DNA from: a bacterium
GTDB lineage: Bacteria > UBA8248
Length of the DNA: 27,493 bases
Direction of reading: 5' to 3'
Assembly (NCBI GenBank): GCA_965213685.1
Contig: CBDBZY010000009.1
Span: forward strand, 1-27,493
Below the pieces are notes generated by a model. That model ran no database searches and was not told the origin of the DNA. It was given only the letters and a program-made list of their open reading frames with translations. The position numbers were made by a program, and so were the translations under genes. Positions 6,612-17,598 of this stretch are shown here, one piece after another; the stretch's first letter is position 1; every line of letters starts with the position of its first letter.

Positions 6612-9260
6612 TCAATGGATTTCGACCGTCTGGTACGCGCCGTGGGCTATCGACGCCTGGGCGGCGGCGAGTCGGGCTATCGGTGCCCGGTATGGCGCGC
6701 AGGAGACGTAGTCCATCTTCATCATGTGGCAAAACTCCACCGACGTGGGCTCCCCGCCATGCTCCCCGCAAATGCCCAGCTCGAGGTCGCCCCGCCTGGC
6801 GCGGCCGCGCTCGATGGCGATCCGCACCATCTCGCCCACCCCCTCGCGGTCCACGGCCACGAAAGGATCCTGGGGAATCAGACTCTTCTCGATGTACTTG
6901 GGCAGGAACCAGCCCGCGTCATCCCGGCTCAGGCCGTAGGTGAGCTGCGTCAGATCGTTCGTGCCGAAGCTGAAGAACTCCGCGCTGTCGGCAATCTCTC
7001 CCGCGAGGATGCAGGCCCTGGGAATCTCTATCATCGTGCCCGTGAGATAGCGGGGCGCGACGCCTTTCTCCTCGATCACCTGCCGGGCGACGTCGTGCAC
7101 GATGTCGCGGTTGAACTCCCACTCGCCCACGCCCGAGGTGAGGGGAATCATGATCTCGGGCAGCACGTCCACGCCCCTCGCCTTCATCTCGCAGGCCGCC
7201 TCGATGATGGCGCGCACCTGCATTTCGGCGATTTCGGGATACGTGACCACCAGGCGGCAGCCGCGGTGGCCCAGCATCGGGTTCTGCTCCTCGGTCGCCT
7301 CGGTGGCGTGGCGTATGGCGTCGAAGCTCATCCCCAGCACCCTGGCCACCTGTTCCATGTCCTCCGTCGTTTTGGGGAGGAACTCGTGAAGCGGGGGGTC
7401 CAGCAGCCGAATCGTCACGGGCCGCTCCCGCATCACCTCGAAGATGCCGACGAAATCCTCGCGCTGCATGGGCAGGAGATGGGAGAGCGCGTCCCGCCTC
7501 GCCTCCTCCGTGGCGGCCAGAATCATGGCGCGCACGTAGTCGATGCGCTCCCCCTCGAAGAACATGTGCTCCGTGCGGCACAGGCCGATTCCCTCGCAAC
7601 CGAACTTCAGGGCCGCCTCGCTGTCCGCCACCGTGTCGGCGTTCGCCCGCACGCCCAGGGTTCTCAACTCGTCCGCCCACTCCATCAGGGTGGCGAAATG
7701 CCCCGAGAGCTCGGGCTGCTTGAGCCTGGCCTCGCCGAGGAACACCTCGCCCGTATTCCCGTTCAGGGAGATGAAATCGCCCTCCGCTATCGTCCGGCCG
7801 TCCACGCGAATGACTTTCTCCTCCGCCCGCACGTCCAGGGCACCGCAACCGGTCACGCAGCACTTGCCCATCTGCCTCGCGACGACGGCGGCGTGGGAGG
7901 TGAGCCCGCCCCGCGCCGTGAGGATGCCCTCGGAGACGTTCATCCCGTTGATGTCCTCGGGGCTCGTCTCCTGGCGCACCAGGATGACGGATTTCCCCGC
8001 CTCCGCCCGCTCCACCGCCTCCGCGGCGGTGAACGCCACCTCGCCCACGGCGGCACCCGGCGACGCGGCGAGGCCTGTGGCCACCACGGTCAACTCCTGC
8101 TCGGAGTCGATCATGGGATGCAGGAGCTGATCGAGGCTGTCGGGGTCCACCCGCCGCACGGCGGCGCGCCTGGTCAGCACGTTCTCATCCACCATCTCGA
8201 CGGCGATTCGCACGGCCGCCGCCGCCGTCCGCTTGCCGTTTCTGGTCTGGAGCATGAACAGGCGCCCGTTCTGGATGGTGAACTCCATGTCCTGCATATC
8301 CTGGTAGTGGGCTTCCAGCTTCTCGGTGATCGCCTCGAACTCGTCAAAGCACGCGGGCATCTTCTCCTTGAGGCTCGCGATGGGCTCCGGCGTCCGGATG
8401 CCCGCCACCACGTCCTCGCCCTGGGCGTTGAAGAGAATCTCGCCGTAGAGCGCGTTTTCGCCGGTGGCCGGGTCGCGCGAGAAAGCGACGCCGGTGCCGC
8501 AATCCTCCCCCATGTTGCCATACACCATGCACTGCACGTTCACGGCGGTGCCCCAGTCATGGGCGATGTTGTAGAGCCTGCGGTAGGTGAACGCGCGCTC
8601 GTTGTTCCAGGACTGGAACACCGCCTCGACCGCCAGGCGCAGCTGCTCGAACGGATCCTGCGGGAAGTCCGCGCCCGTCCTCTCCTTCACGAGGGCGGCG
8701 TATTCCTCCGCCAGCTGCGCCATATCCTCCGCCGTCAACTCCACGTCCGACGCGACGCCCCGGCGCCGCTTCATCGCCTCGATCCTCGACTCAAAATCAT
8801 GGTGCTTCATTCCCAGCACCACGTTGCCGAACATGTTGATGAACCGGCGGTAGCTGTCGTACGCGAAGCGGCGGTTGCCCGACTTTCTCTCGAGGGCGCG
8901 GACCGTCGCGTCGTTCATCCCCAGGTTCAGCACCGTGTCCATCATCCCCGGCATCGATTCGCGCGCACCCGAGCGCACGCTCACCAGAAGCGGGTTGTCA
9001 TCGCCGCCGAACCGCGCCCCCATCGCGCTCTCCAGGCGCGCCATCTGCTCCCGCACGCCCTCCCAGAGGCCCGCGGGCACCTTGTTTTCCTTCAGGTAAT
9101 CGACGCAGACCTGCGTGGTGATGGTGAAGCCCGGCGGCACCGGTATGCCCAGACTCGCCATCTCCGCCAGGTTCGCGCCCTTGCCGCCGAGCAGGTTGCG
9201 CATGTCGGCGCCGCCGTCGGTCTGCCCGGCGCCAAAGGAATACACCATCTTCTCCGCCAT
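6612..9260 (-). CDS. ppdK: Pyruvate, phosphate dikinase
   Basis: LLGGKGANLAEM, PLLVSVRSGA..SMPGMMDTVLNLG, phospho-His motif GGLTSHAAVVAR, GIGLCRTEHMF, FSFGTNDLTQ, GICGEHGG. ATG 9260 (MAEKMVYSF) follows GGGAGG. Confidence 0.98.
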   Translation of the reverse strand: MAEKMVYSFGAGQTDGGADMRNLLGGKGANLAEMASLGIPVPPGFTITTQVCVDYLKENKVPAGLWEGVREQMARLESAMGARFGGDDNPLLVSVRSGARESMPGMMDTVLNLGMNDATVRALERKSGNRRFAYDSYRRFINMFGNVVLGMKHHDFESRIEAMKRRRGVASDVELTAEDMAQLAEEYAALVKERTGADFPQDPFEQLRLAVEAVFQSWNNERAFTYRRLYNIAHDWGTAVNVQCMVYGNMGEDCGTGVAFSRDPATGENALYGEILFNAQGEDVVAGIRTPEPIASLKEKMPACFDEFEAITEKLEAHYQDMQDMEFTIQNGRLFMLQTRNGKRTAAAAVRIAVEMVDENVLTRRAAVRRVDPDSLDQLLHPMIDSEQELTVVATGLAASPGAAVGEVAFTAAEAVERAEAGKSVILVRQETSPEDINGMNVSEGILTARGGLTSHAAVVARQMGKCCVTGCGALDVRAEEKVIRVDGRTIAEGDFISLNGNTGEVFLGEARLKQPELSGHFATLMEWADELRTLGVRANADTVADSEAALKFGCEGIGLCRTEHMFFEGERIDYVRAMILAATEEARRDALSHLLPMQREDFVGIFEVMRERPVTIRLLDPPLHEFLPKTTEDMEQVARVLGMSFDAIRHATEATEEQNPMLGHRGCRLVVTYPEIAEMQVRAIIEAACEMKARGVDVLPEIMIPLTSGVGEWEFNRDIVHDVARQVIEEKGVAPRYLTGTMIEIPRACILAGEIADSAEFFSFGTNDLTQLTYGLSRDDAGWFLPKYIEKSLIPQDPFVAVDREGVGEMVRIAIERGRARRGDLELGICGEHGGEPTSVEFCHMMKMDYVSCAPYRAPIARLAAAQASIAHGAYQTVEIH

Positions 9261-9342
9261 CCGCCGCTTCCTCCCGCGCCGCTCGCGCACGTGAACCATC
9301 CGTGAAACGCTACGAACCCACCCAAAAAAACCGTCATCCAGG

Positions 9343-11544
9343 CTATCCCGGCGCCCGCCCCCGTATCTTCGTGAAATCGGCGATCATGGAAAACAGCGCG
9401 CCCACGCCGGCCATGAGCGCCAGGCGGTTTTTGCGCAGCTCGGCGTCGTCGGCCATCACCATCACCTCATCGAAAAAATCATCCACCAGAGGCCGAATTT
9501 CCGCAATGGCGGAGGTGGCCTCGACATACGCCTCCTCCAGCGCGGCGGCGTCCCCTTCCCGGACGCCCCCCAGCGTTTCCCGCACGGTTCCGGAAACGGC
9601 GTCCAAGGAGGCGTGCAGCCGCGCCTCGGCGCCCTCTGCAAGAAGCCGCGCGTCCGGCCGCTCCGCCGCCACGTCCCCCCCGCCGTTCTCCCGCGCGCGG
9701 CGGACGATGTTGCTCACCCGCTTGAAGGTCGTCGCGAGCGGCTCGAAGGACTCCGCGCTCGAGGCCAGCCGCTCCAGCGCCCGGAGGCGCGCCCGCGCGT
9801 CCACCACGTCCCGCCAGCCCGCATCGTCCCCAGACGCGAGCACCGCCTCCACCAAATCGCCGCGCGCGCAGCCGCGCGACAAATGCGCCGACACCCGGTT
9901 GCGCCAGAACCCCAGAATCCGCTGCGAGACTTCGGCGCGGTCGCCCCGAAACCTGTCCGTCAAAGGCTCGGCGGCGGCCTCCACCCATTCGGGCAAAGAG
10001 ATTCTGTATCCCCTGTCCTCCAGGATGCGCAAAACCGCGTTGGCCGCGCGCCGCAGCGCATAGGGGTCCTCCGAACCGCTGGGCAGATAGCCCAGTCCCA
10101 CCATGCCGACGATGGTGTCCATCCTGTCGGCCAGTCCCAGAATGGCGCCCGCATCGCCTCCCGGGAGGTCGTCCCCCTCGCCCCGGGGGAGGTAATGCTC
10201 GTATATGGCGCGGGACACCGCCTCCTCCCTGCCCTCGCGCTCGGCGTAGCGCCTGCCCATCACCCCCTGCAGCTCGGGAAACTCATAGACCATGCCGCTG
10301 GTCAAATCCGCCTTGCAGACAGAGGCCGCCTCCTCCACCCGTTTCGCCAGGGCCGCATCGCCCGGCGCGACCCGCCCGCACAGCCAGGTGCCCAGGCGTC
10401 GGAAGCGCTCCACCTTGTCCCAGCTCGTGCCCAGCCGCGGATGGTAGACCACGTCCTTCAACCCCTCGGCCATGTCGGCGAGGGGCGTCCCCAGGTCCTG
10501 GCGCCAGTAGAAATCCGCGTCCTCCAGCCGCGCGCGCACGACGCGCTCATAGCCTCTGCGCACCACTTCCATGTCATGCGCTCTCGTGTTGCTCACCCCG
10601 ATGAACGCAGGCATGAGCGCCTCCCCCCCTCTCTCCCGCAGCGCAAAACACCTCTGGTGCACCTCCAGGGTGGAGATGATGACCTCCTCCGGCAGGTCCA
10701 GAAATTTTTCGTCGAACCCGCACGCCACCGGGAAGGGCCACTCGACCAGGTGCGCCACCCTCTCCACCAGACCCTCCACGGCCTCCGCGTCCGCGGCGGG
10801 CTCGCCGCCCACGGCGCGCGCGGCTTCGAGGACGCCCGCGCGCACCATGGGGATGCGTCCGCCGCCGGCGCCGTCATCCACCATCGGCTCCACATAATTA
10901 TCACGCAAAGCATGAATATATTCCTGAAAGTTATTGATATGTATCTTTTTGTTCGCATGAAACCTGTGGCCATACGTGGCCGATCCGAACGGGGGAAGCG
11001 ACCCGTCCCCGCCCGACGCCGGACCGCGCACGGGCGCGCCTCCATAGAGGGCCAGAACCCACTGAACGGGCCGGACGAAGGAGAATTTGCCCGCCCCCCA
11101 GCGCATGGACTTGGGCGCCGGCAGCTCCTGGATGAGCCTCGTCAGCAAAGGCCCCAGAACGACCCGGGCCTCCGCGCCCGCGTCTTCGCGGAAATACATC
11201 AGGCGCGCGCCACGGGGCGTGTCCACCCGCCGCAGCTCGGACGCCTCCACCCCATGCCTCCTGGCGAATCCGAGGGCCGCCCCGGTCGGGTTGCCGTCGC
11301 CGTCGAACGCGCTCCTGACGGGGGGACCGAGTATCTCCTCCTGAAGCGGCTCCTGCCGCTCCGACAGAACCGCCACGTGCAGAACGAGCCTCCTCGGCGT
11401 TCCAAACGTCTCCAGACCCTCGAAACGCAGGCGCGCCTCGGCGAAGGCCGCCCCGGCCCGCTCCCTGAGGGCGGCCAGCATCCCCGGCATGTAGGTGGAG
11501 GGAATCTCCTCGGTTCCAATCTCCAGAACCAGCTCTTCGCCCAA
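9343..11544 (-). CDS. glyS: Glycine--tRNA ligase beta subunit
   Basis: LEIGTEEIP, TPRRL, PKSMRWG, FVRPVQW, CKADLTSGMVYEFPELQGVMG, PSGSEDPYALRR, FFDEVMVM...NRL. Probable TTG start at 11544 or 11547. Confidence 0.96.
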   Translation of the reverse strand: MGEELVLEIGTEEIPSTYMPGMLAALRERAGAAFAEARLRFEGLETFGTPRRLVLHVAVLSERQEPLQEEILGPPVRSAFDGDGNPTGAALGFARRHGVEASELRRVDTPRGARLMYFREDAGAEARVVLGPLLTRLIQELPAPKSMRWGAGKFSFVRPVQWVLALYGGAPVRGPASGGDGSLPPFGSATYGHRFHANKKIHINNFQEYIHALRDNYVEPMVDDGAGGGRIPMVRAGVLEAARAVGGEPAADAEAVEGLVERVAHLVEWPFPVACGFDEKFLDLPEEVIISTLEVHQRCFALRERGGEALMPAFIGVSNTRAHDMEVVRRGYERVVRARLEDADFYWRQDLGTPLADMAEGLKDVVYHPRLGTSWDKVERFRRLGTWLCGRVAPGDAALAKRVEEAASVCKADLTSGMVYEFPELQGVMGRRYAEREGREEAVSRAIYEHYLPRGEGDDLPGGDAGAILGLADRMDTIVGMVGLGYLPSGSEDPYALRRAANAVLRILEDRGYRISLPEWVEAAAEPLTDRFRGDRAEVSQRILGFWRNRVSAHLSRGCARGDLVEAVLASGDDAGWRDVVDARARLRALERLASSAESFEPLATTFKRVSNIVRRARENGGGDVAAERPDARLLAEGAEARLHASLDAVSGTVRETLGGVREGDAAALEEAYVEATSAIAEIRPLVDDFFDEVMVMADDAELRKNRLALMAGVGALFSMIADFTKIRGRAPG

Positions 11545-11563
11545 CAAAAAACCCAAAGCCCCC

Positions 11564-12537
<974 letters not shown>

Positions 12538-12541
<4 letters not shown>

Positions 12542-13746
12542 CCGAGAAACTCCTTGTGCAGCACGCGCACCGCGTTCTCCGCGTCCGCCTGGCGCACCAC
12601 GACGGATATCGAAATCTCGGAAGTGGAGATCATCATGATGTTGATCCGGTTTCTCGCCAGGGCGGAGAAAACCCGCGAAGCCACGCCGGCCTGGCTCTTC
12701 ATGCCCACGCCCACGACGGAGACCTTGGCGATGTCGTCGTCGCGGGAGATGACGGCCCCGCCCAGCGACTCGTGCGACTCCTGCATGATGCGCTCGGCCT
12801 CGCCCGCCATGTCGCGGTTCACGGTGATGGAGATGTCGGTCATGCCGTTTTCGCTCACGTTCTGAACGATCATGTCCACCATGATCGTTTTCTCGGCCAG
12901 CTGCCCGAACAGGGAGGCCGCGATGCCGGGCCGGTCGGGCACGCCGCTGGCCGTGAGTTTCGATTGCTTCGCGTCGCTGCTCACGCCGCGCACGGCGGGG
13001 GCCTCGATTCCCGTGGGCTCTGGGACGACCAATGTTCCCTCTCCTTCACCAAACGCGGAGCGGACGACGATGGGAAGGCCATACTTCGCCGCCAGGTCCA
13101 CGGAGCGCGCCTGCAGCACCTTCGCGCCCAGGGAGGCGAGCTCCATCATCTCCTCGAACGATATCTGCTCCAGACACTTCGCGTCGGGGACAAGACGCGG
13201 GTCCGCCGTGTACACCCCGTCCACATCGGTATAAATCTCACAGCGATCCGCTTCAAGCGCCGCGGCCAACGCCACGGCGGTGAGGTCGGAGCCTCCGCGG
13301 CCCAGGGTGGTTTCCTCGTCGAACTCATCGACCCCCTGAAAACCGGCGGCGACGACCACTTTCCCCCCCTCCAGCTCCCGGAGAACGCGCGCCGGGCGAA
13401 TGGAGCGCACGCGGGCGCGGGTGTGCGCGCCCTCCGTCAGAATGCCCGCCTGCCCGCCGGTGAGGGATATCGCGGGAATTCCGGCCGCGTCGAGGGCGAT
13501 GGCCAAAAGCGCGCTGGCAATGCGCTCCCCGGAGGTGAGGAGCAGATCCAGCTCCCGCCCTATGGGCTGGGGGGAGAGCGTGTGCGCGAGCCGGATGAGT
13601 TTGTCGGTCTCCCCCGCCATCGCGCTCACCACGACGATGATGCGCTCCCAGGAGCCTCTCACCGCCGATATCCGCCTCACGACGCCGCGAATCCTGTCCA
13701 AATCGGCCACCGAGGTGCCGCCGAATTTCTGTACGACCAGGCTCAT
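12538..13746 (-). CDS. lysC: Aspartate kinase (~402 aa, kinase domain plus two ACT domains)
   Basis: [67 protein letters not shown]. Confidence 0.97.
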
Positions 13747-13758
13747 CGTCTTTTCCTG

Positions 13759-15006
13759 TCATCCGCCGAGCAATCGTTTTTTTACCGCACGAAGCGGCTG
13801 GACGCGCCCCGCCCCCGCAAGCGCCTCGGAAAACCCCGCCGCCGGGCCTCTCCGCTTTCCGCCGCCGCCCACCAGCGCACGCACGTTCGCCAGCACGCCC
13901 CACGGGCGCCGGGGAGGGGCCAGGCGCTCCCCGTCAAAATCCGCCATCGCGAACGGCGCGGCATCGGCGGTCCACTCCTGCGACTCCACGCTGAATCCAT
14001 GAGCCGCCGCCACGAGAACGCGGCACGGCTCGCGCAACTCCTCCATGAGGGGCGACAGGAAGCCGGCATCGAACCGCTCGATGGCCTCGACCTTCTCCGC
14101 CACCTCGCGCCAGGGGGCTATCTCGTCCACCTCCGGGACCGAGAATACGAAATCATGTTTCGACAGCGCCTCGCGGGCGGCGGCGGACGGGTTCTCCCCC
14201 GGCTCATATACATCCGCGCCCCCCAGTTTGGCAAAGCCCCTCGCCAGCGGCGCGTCGGTCACCAGCGCAGCAGCCCTGCCCCCCGTCTTCTCCGAGATTC
14301 GCGCCGCCTCCTCCGCCAGGCCGCCGCCCCAGAGCCATACGGAGTTGGCCGCGAACATCCGGTCTCGCGCCTTCTCCCGCAACCCGGCGTGGGTGGAGAG
14401 CACCATCTGGGAATCATTGACGAAATGAACGAAGCGGCGCGCCGCCTCCGCCACGGGCATGTGGGCGCCGATGGGCTGTCCGGCGATGGCGTGGGGGGGC
14501 GAGAATCCGCGAAAGGAGGCAGGCGAAAGCCGTCCCACGCCCCGATAGAACAGCAGCGCCTGGTGCCCGCCCAGCGACTCGAAGCGGAACGACTCCCCCG
14601 CATCGGGCGGCATGTGCCGCTCCAGATAGCGGAGGAGCTCCCGGTTCTCCTCGTCCGTGACGCCGAAGCCCGCCGGGTCCAGCATGACGACGCTCGTGGC
14701 GCCGGGCTTCAGGCAAACGAAGCTGAGCCGGAAGACGGCCTCCCCCTTCCGCGGGGGGACGCCGGCGGCGGCGGCCAGCATCAAGCCGGAGGAGAGGGTC
14801 TCGGGGAGATCGAAAAAATCCCGCAAGAAACCGTCCAGGGAGGGGTGCGGGGCGCCGGCGGCGGGAGCCCACGCCCCGGAGAGGCCGGAGGCCGCCAGGC
14901 GATCCAGCGCGGGCGTCCGGGCCGCCTGCAAGGGAGTCTTGCCGCCCAGTGCCGCGATGGGCCGGTCGGCGAGGCCGCGCGCGAGAATCATCAGGATTTT
15001 CCGCAT
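13759..15006 (-). CDS. ApgM / cofactor-independent phosphoglycerate mutase family protein with a degenerate active site
   Basis: GLAD.P...LGGKTPLQAARTPALDRLA..G..G, PPH.I.G.PI, ANSVWLWGGG and K.EAIERFD match the ApgM family; metal ligands appear substituted (see findings). Confidence 0.8.
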   Translation of the reverse strand: MRKILMILARGLADRPIAALGGKTPLQAARTPALDRLAASGLSGAWAPAAGAPHPSLDGFLRDFFDLPETLSSGLMLAAAAGVPPRKGEAVFRLSFVCLKPGATSVVMLDPAGFGVTDEENRELLRYLERHMPPDAGESFRFESLGGHQALLFYRGVGRLSPASFRGFSPPHAIAGQPIGAHMPVAEAARRFVHFVNDSQMVLSTHAGLREKARDRMFAANSVWLWGGGLAEEAARISEKTGGRAAALVTDAPLARGFAKLGGADVYEPGENPSAAAREALSKHDFVFSVPEVDEIAPWREVAEKVEAIERFDAGFLSPLMEELREPCRVLVAAAHGFSVESQEWTADAAPFAMADFDGERLAPPRRPWGVLANVRALVGGGGKRRGPAAGFSEALAGAGRVQPLRAVKKRLLGG

Positions 15007-15030
15007 GGGGGGTGCGCCTCGTCCGCACGA

Positions 15031-16359
15031 TCACATGAACGCCATGCCGTCCGACTCCACGCGGATGAGCGCATGGCCGGGCCGCACCACGTCGAGACAG
15101 GCGATCTCCTCCAGTGCGTTCCTCATGTTCTCCTCCGTCGCCCGGTGGGTGAGCAGCACCAGGCGGGCGTAGCCATCCTCGCCGGCGCGGCCCTTCTGGA
15201 CGACGGTCTCGAGGCTGATGTCGTTCTCGCCGAAGACGCCGGCGATGCGGCTCAAAACCCCCGGCTTGTCCAGGGCGGCGAAGCGGACGTAGAAGCGGGT
15301 CGAAACCTCCCGGGGCGTCAGGATGTCGAGCCGCGCGCGCTGATCCGGCAGAAAGGCGGCGGCGGGAATTCGCGCGTCGCCCCCGTTTCTGAGCCACCGC
15401 GCCACCTCGATGATGTCCCCCACCACGGCGGAGGCGGTGGCCTCCGAACCGGCGCCCTTCCCGATGAAAACCTGCGGCCCGGCGTTCTTCCCCGAGACGG
15501 CCACCGCGTTATAGACCCCGCCCACCTGCGCGAGGGGGTGGTTCTCCGAGAGCATCGTCGGGTGAACGCGAATGTCGAGTTTTCCCGCCCTCTCCTGGGC
15601 CATGGCGATGAGCTTGATGCGGTAGCCGAGCTCCCGGGCGATGTCGATGTCGGCAGAGGTGATGTGGCGTATCCCCTCCGTGTGGTAGGCGTCGACGTCC
15701 ACGGGCGTGCCGTAGGCCAGGTTCGCCAGAATCGCTATCTTGTGGGACGCATCGACGCCGTCGACGTCGAAAGCGGGGTCGGCCTCCGCGTAGCCAAGTT
15801 CCTGGGCGCGCCTCAGGGTGTCGCCGAAATCCGCGCCCGCCTCCGTCATCTGGCTCAGAATGTAGTTGCACGTGCCGTTCAGGATGCCGGCGAGCCGCTC
15901 GATTTTGTCCGCCGCGAAGGCCTCGCGCAGGTTTCGGACTATCGGAATGCCGCCCGCGACGGACGCCTCGAAGCCCAGCGGGCAACCCGCCCTCTCCGCC
16001 GCGGCGAATATCTCCTCCCCGTGGACGGCGAGCACCGCCTTGTTGGCCGTGACCACCGGCTTTCGCTTCCCTATCGCTCGCAGGATGTGGCGCCTCGCGT
16101 CATCCGTCCCGCCAATCAGCTCCGCGACGACGTCCACGTCGGGAGCGTCGATGACGGCCTCGAAGTCCGTGCCGAGGTTCTCGGGCGCCACCCCGCGCGC
16201 CGTCTTGTTCTTGGCGAAGACGCTGCGGTCCGCCACCCTCGAGACGCGCACCTCCACGCCGAGGCGCCTGCGGATGAGCTCCCGCTGTTCGTCGAGCAGG
16301 TTCGCCACCCCGCTTCCGACCGTGCCCAGTCCCAATATGCCGACGCAAATTTTCCGCAT
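15031..16359 (-). CDS. hom: Homoserine dehydrogenase with C-terminal ACT domain
   Basis: GILGLGTVGSG, VVTANKA, FEASVAGGIP, GILNGTCNYIL, AQELGYAEADP..DVDG.D, GKGAG..ATASAV, DKPGVL. Confidence 0.97.
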   Translation of the reverse strand: MRKICVGILGLGTVGSGVANLLDEQRELIRRRLGVEVRVSRVADRSVFAKNKTARGVAPENLGTDFEAVIDAPDVDVVAELIGGTDDARRHILRAIGKRKPVVTANKAVLAVHGEEIFAAAERAGCPLGFEASVAGGIPIVRNLREAFAADKIERLAGILNGTCNYILSQMTEAGADFGDTLRRAQELGYAEADPAFDVDGVDASHKIAILANLAYGTPVDVDAYHTEGIRHITSADIDIARELGYRIKLIAMAQERAGKLDIRVHPTMLSENHPLAQVGGVYNAVAVSGKNAGPQVFIGKGAGSEATASAVVGDIIEVARWLRNGGDARIPAAAFLPDQRARLDILTPREVSTRFYVRFAALDKPGVLSRIAGVFGENDISLETVVQKGRAGEDGYARLVLLTHRATEENMRNALEEIACLDVVRPGHALIRVESDGMAFM

Positions 16360-16386
16360 GACCCGTTGACCCCGATGGGCGGCGCG

Positions 16387-17583
16387 CTAGCCCGCCGCCC
16401 GCCTCGGCGCCCTGTCCTGAAATATGGAGCGGAGATTTCTGAGCGCCTGCCGCGTGCGGTGCTCATTCTCCACGAGTGCGAAGCGCACGTGCCCATCCCC
16501 CAACTCGCCGAACCCGACGCCGGGCGATACGGCCACCTCGGTTTCTTTCAGCAGGAATTTGGAGAACTCGAGAGAGCCCATCTCCTTGTAGGGCGCCGGA
16601 ATCTCCGCCCAGACGAACATCGTGCCCTTCGGCTTCTGCACCGGCCAGCCGATTCGCTCCAGCCCGTTGCACAGCGCGTCGCGCCTGCTTTGATAGATTC
16701 GCCGGATTTCCCCGACGCATTCCTGGGAGCCGTCGAGGGCGATGATCGAGGCGATCTGGATGGGCTGGAAAGCCCCGTAGTCGAGATAGCTCTTGATGCG
16801 CCTGAGCGCGCCGATGAGCGCGCGGTTCCCCACGGCAAAGCCCACCCGCCATCCGGGCATGGAGTAGCTCTTGGAGAGGGAGAAAAACTCCACGCCCACG
16901 TCTTTCGCGCCCTTCACCTGCAGGATGCTGGGCGGCTCGTAGCCATCGAACCCCAGGTCGGCATACGCAAAATCGTGGATGAGGATGAGGTTGTATTCCT
17001 TCGCGAAGGCGACCACCTTTTCAAAAAAGCCGAGGTCCACGCACACCGTGGTGGGATTGTGGGGAAAGCTCAGAACCAGGATTTTCGGCCGCGGCCATAT
17101 CGGACGGATGGTTTCCGTCATGTTTTCAAAAAAATCATCCCCCTGCGAGAGCGGCACGTGCACCACGTTGCCGTTCGCCAGCACGATGGCGTAGGTGTGG
17201 ATGGGATAGGTGGGACTCGGCACCATCACCAGGTCGCCCGGGTTCGTGACGGCCAGCGCCAGGTGGGAGATTCCCTCCTTCACGCCGATGGTGACGATGG
17301 CCTCCTCCTCGGGGTCGACCTCCACGCCGTAGCGGCCGCCATACCAGTCGGCGATGGCCCTGCGCAGCCGGCTGATGCCGCGCGAGGCGCTGTAGCGGTG
17401 GTTCCGGGGATTCGCCGCCGCCTCCACGAGCTTCTCCACGATGTGGGGAGGGGTGGCGAGGTCCGGGTTCCCCATCCCGAAATCAATGATGTCCTCGCCG
17501 CGGCGGCGCGCCTCGATCTTCAGCTCGTCGACGGCCGCGAAGACATAGGGCGGCAGGCGCGTAATCCGCTGGAACTCATGCAT
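16387..17583 (-). CDS. alaC: PLP-dependent class I/II aminotransferase, AlaC (YfdZ)-like
   Basis: [13 protein letters not shown]...[65 protein letters not shown]. Substrate specificity is inferred from the family only. Confidence 0.85.
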   Translation of the reverse strand: MHEFQRITRLPPYVFAAVDELKIEARRRGEDIIDFGMGNPDLATPPHIVEKLVEAAANPRNHRYSASRGISRLRRAIADWYGGRYGVEVDPEEEAIVTIGVKEGISHLALAVTNPGDLVMVPSPTYPIHTYAIVLANGNVVHVPLSQGDDFFENMTETIRPIWPRPKILVLSFPHNPTTVCVDLGFFEKVVAFAKEYNLILIHDFAYADLGFDGYEPPSILQVKGAKDVGVEFFSLSKSYSMPGWRVGFAVGNRALIGALRRIKSYLDYGAFQPIQIASIIALDGSQECVGEIRRIYQSRRDALCNGLERIGWPVQKPKGTMFVWAEIPAPYKEMGSLEFSKFLLKETEVAVSPGVGFGELGDGHVRFALVENEHRTRQALRNLRSIFQDRAPRRAAG

Positions 17584-17598
17584 GCCACAAGTCCTTTT

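Noticed and set aside
6192-9305. 1037-aa plus-strand ORF, and similar long plus-strand ORFs at 9613..11658, 11495..12865, 19515..20951 and 22696..24765
   Set aside because: They lie antisense to well-supported genes (ppdK, glyS, glyQ, argS, aspS/era) and show no recognisable motifs; they are expected shadow ORFs in GC-rich DNA.
9261-9360. Possible intrinsic terminator after glyS (T7 tract on the minus strand near 9324-9330)
   Set aside because: The upstream stem is short, contains G-U pairing and is not flush with the U-tract; too weak to call.
13747-13758. Lysine riboswitch before lysC or T-box before glyQ
   Set aside because: lysC has a 12-nt spacer and glyQ overlaps the lysC stop, so there is no room.
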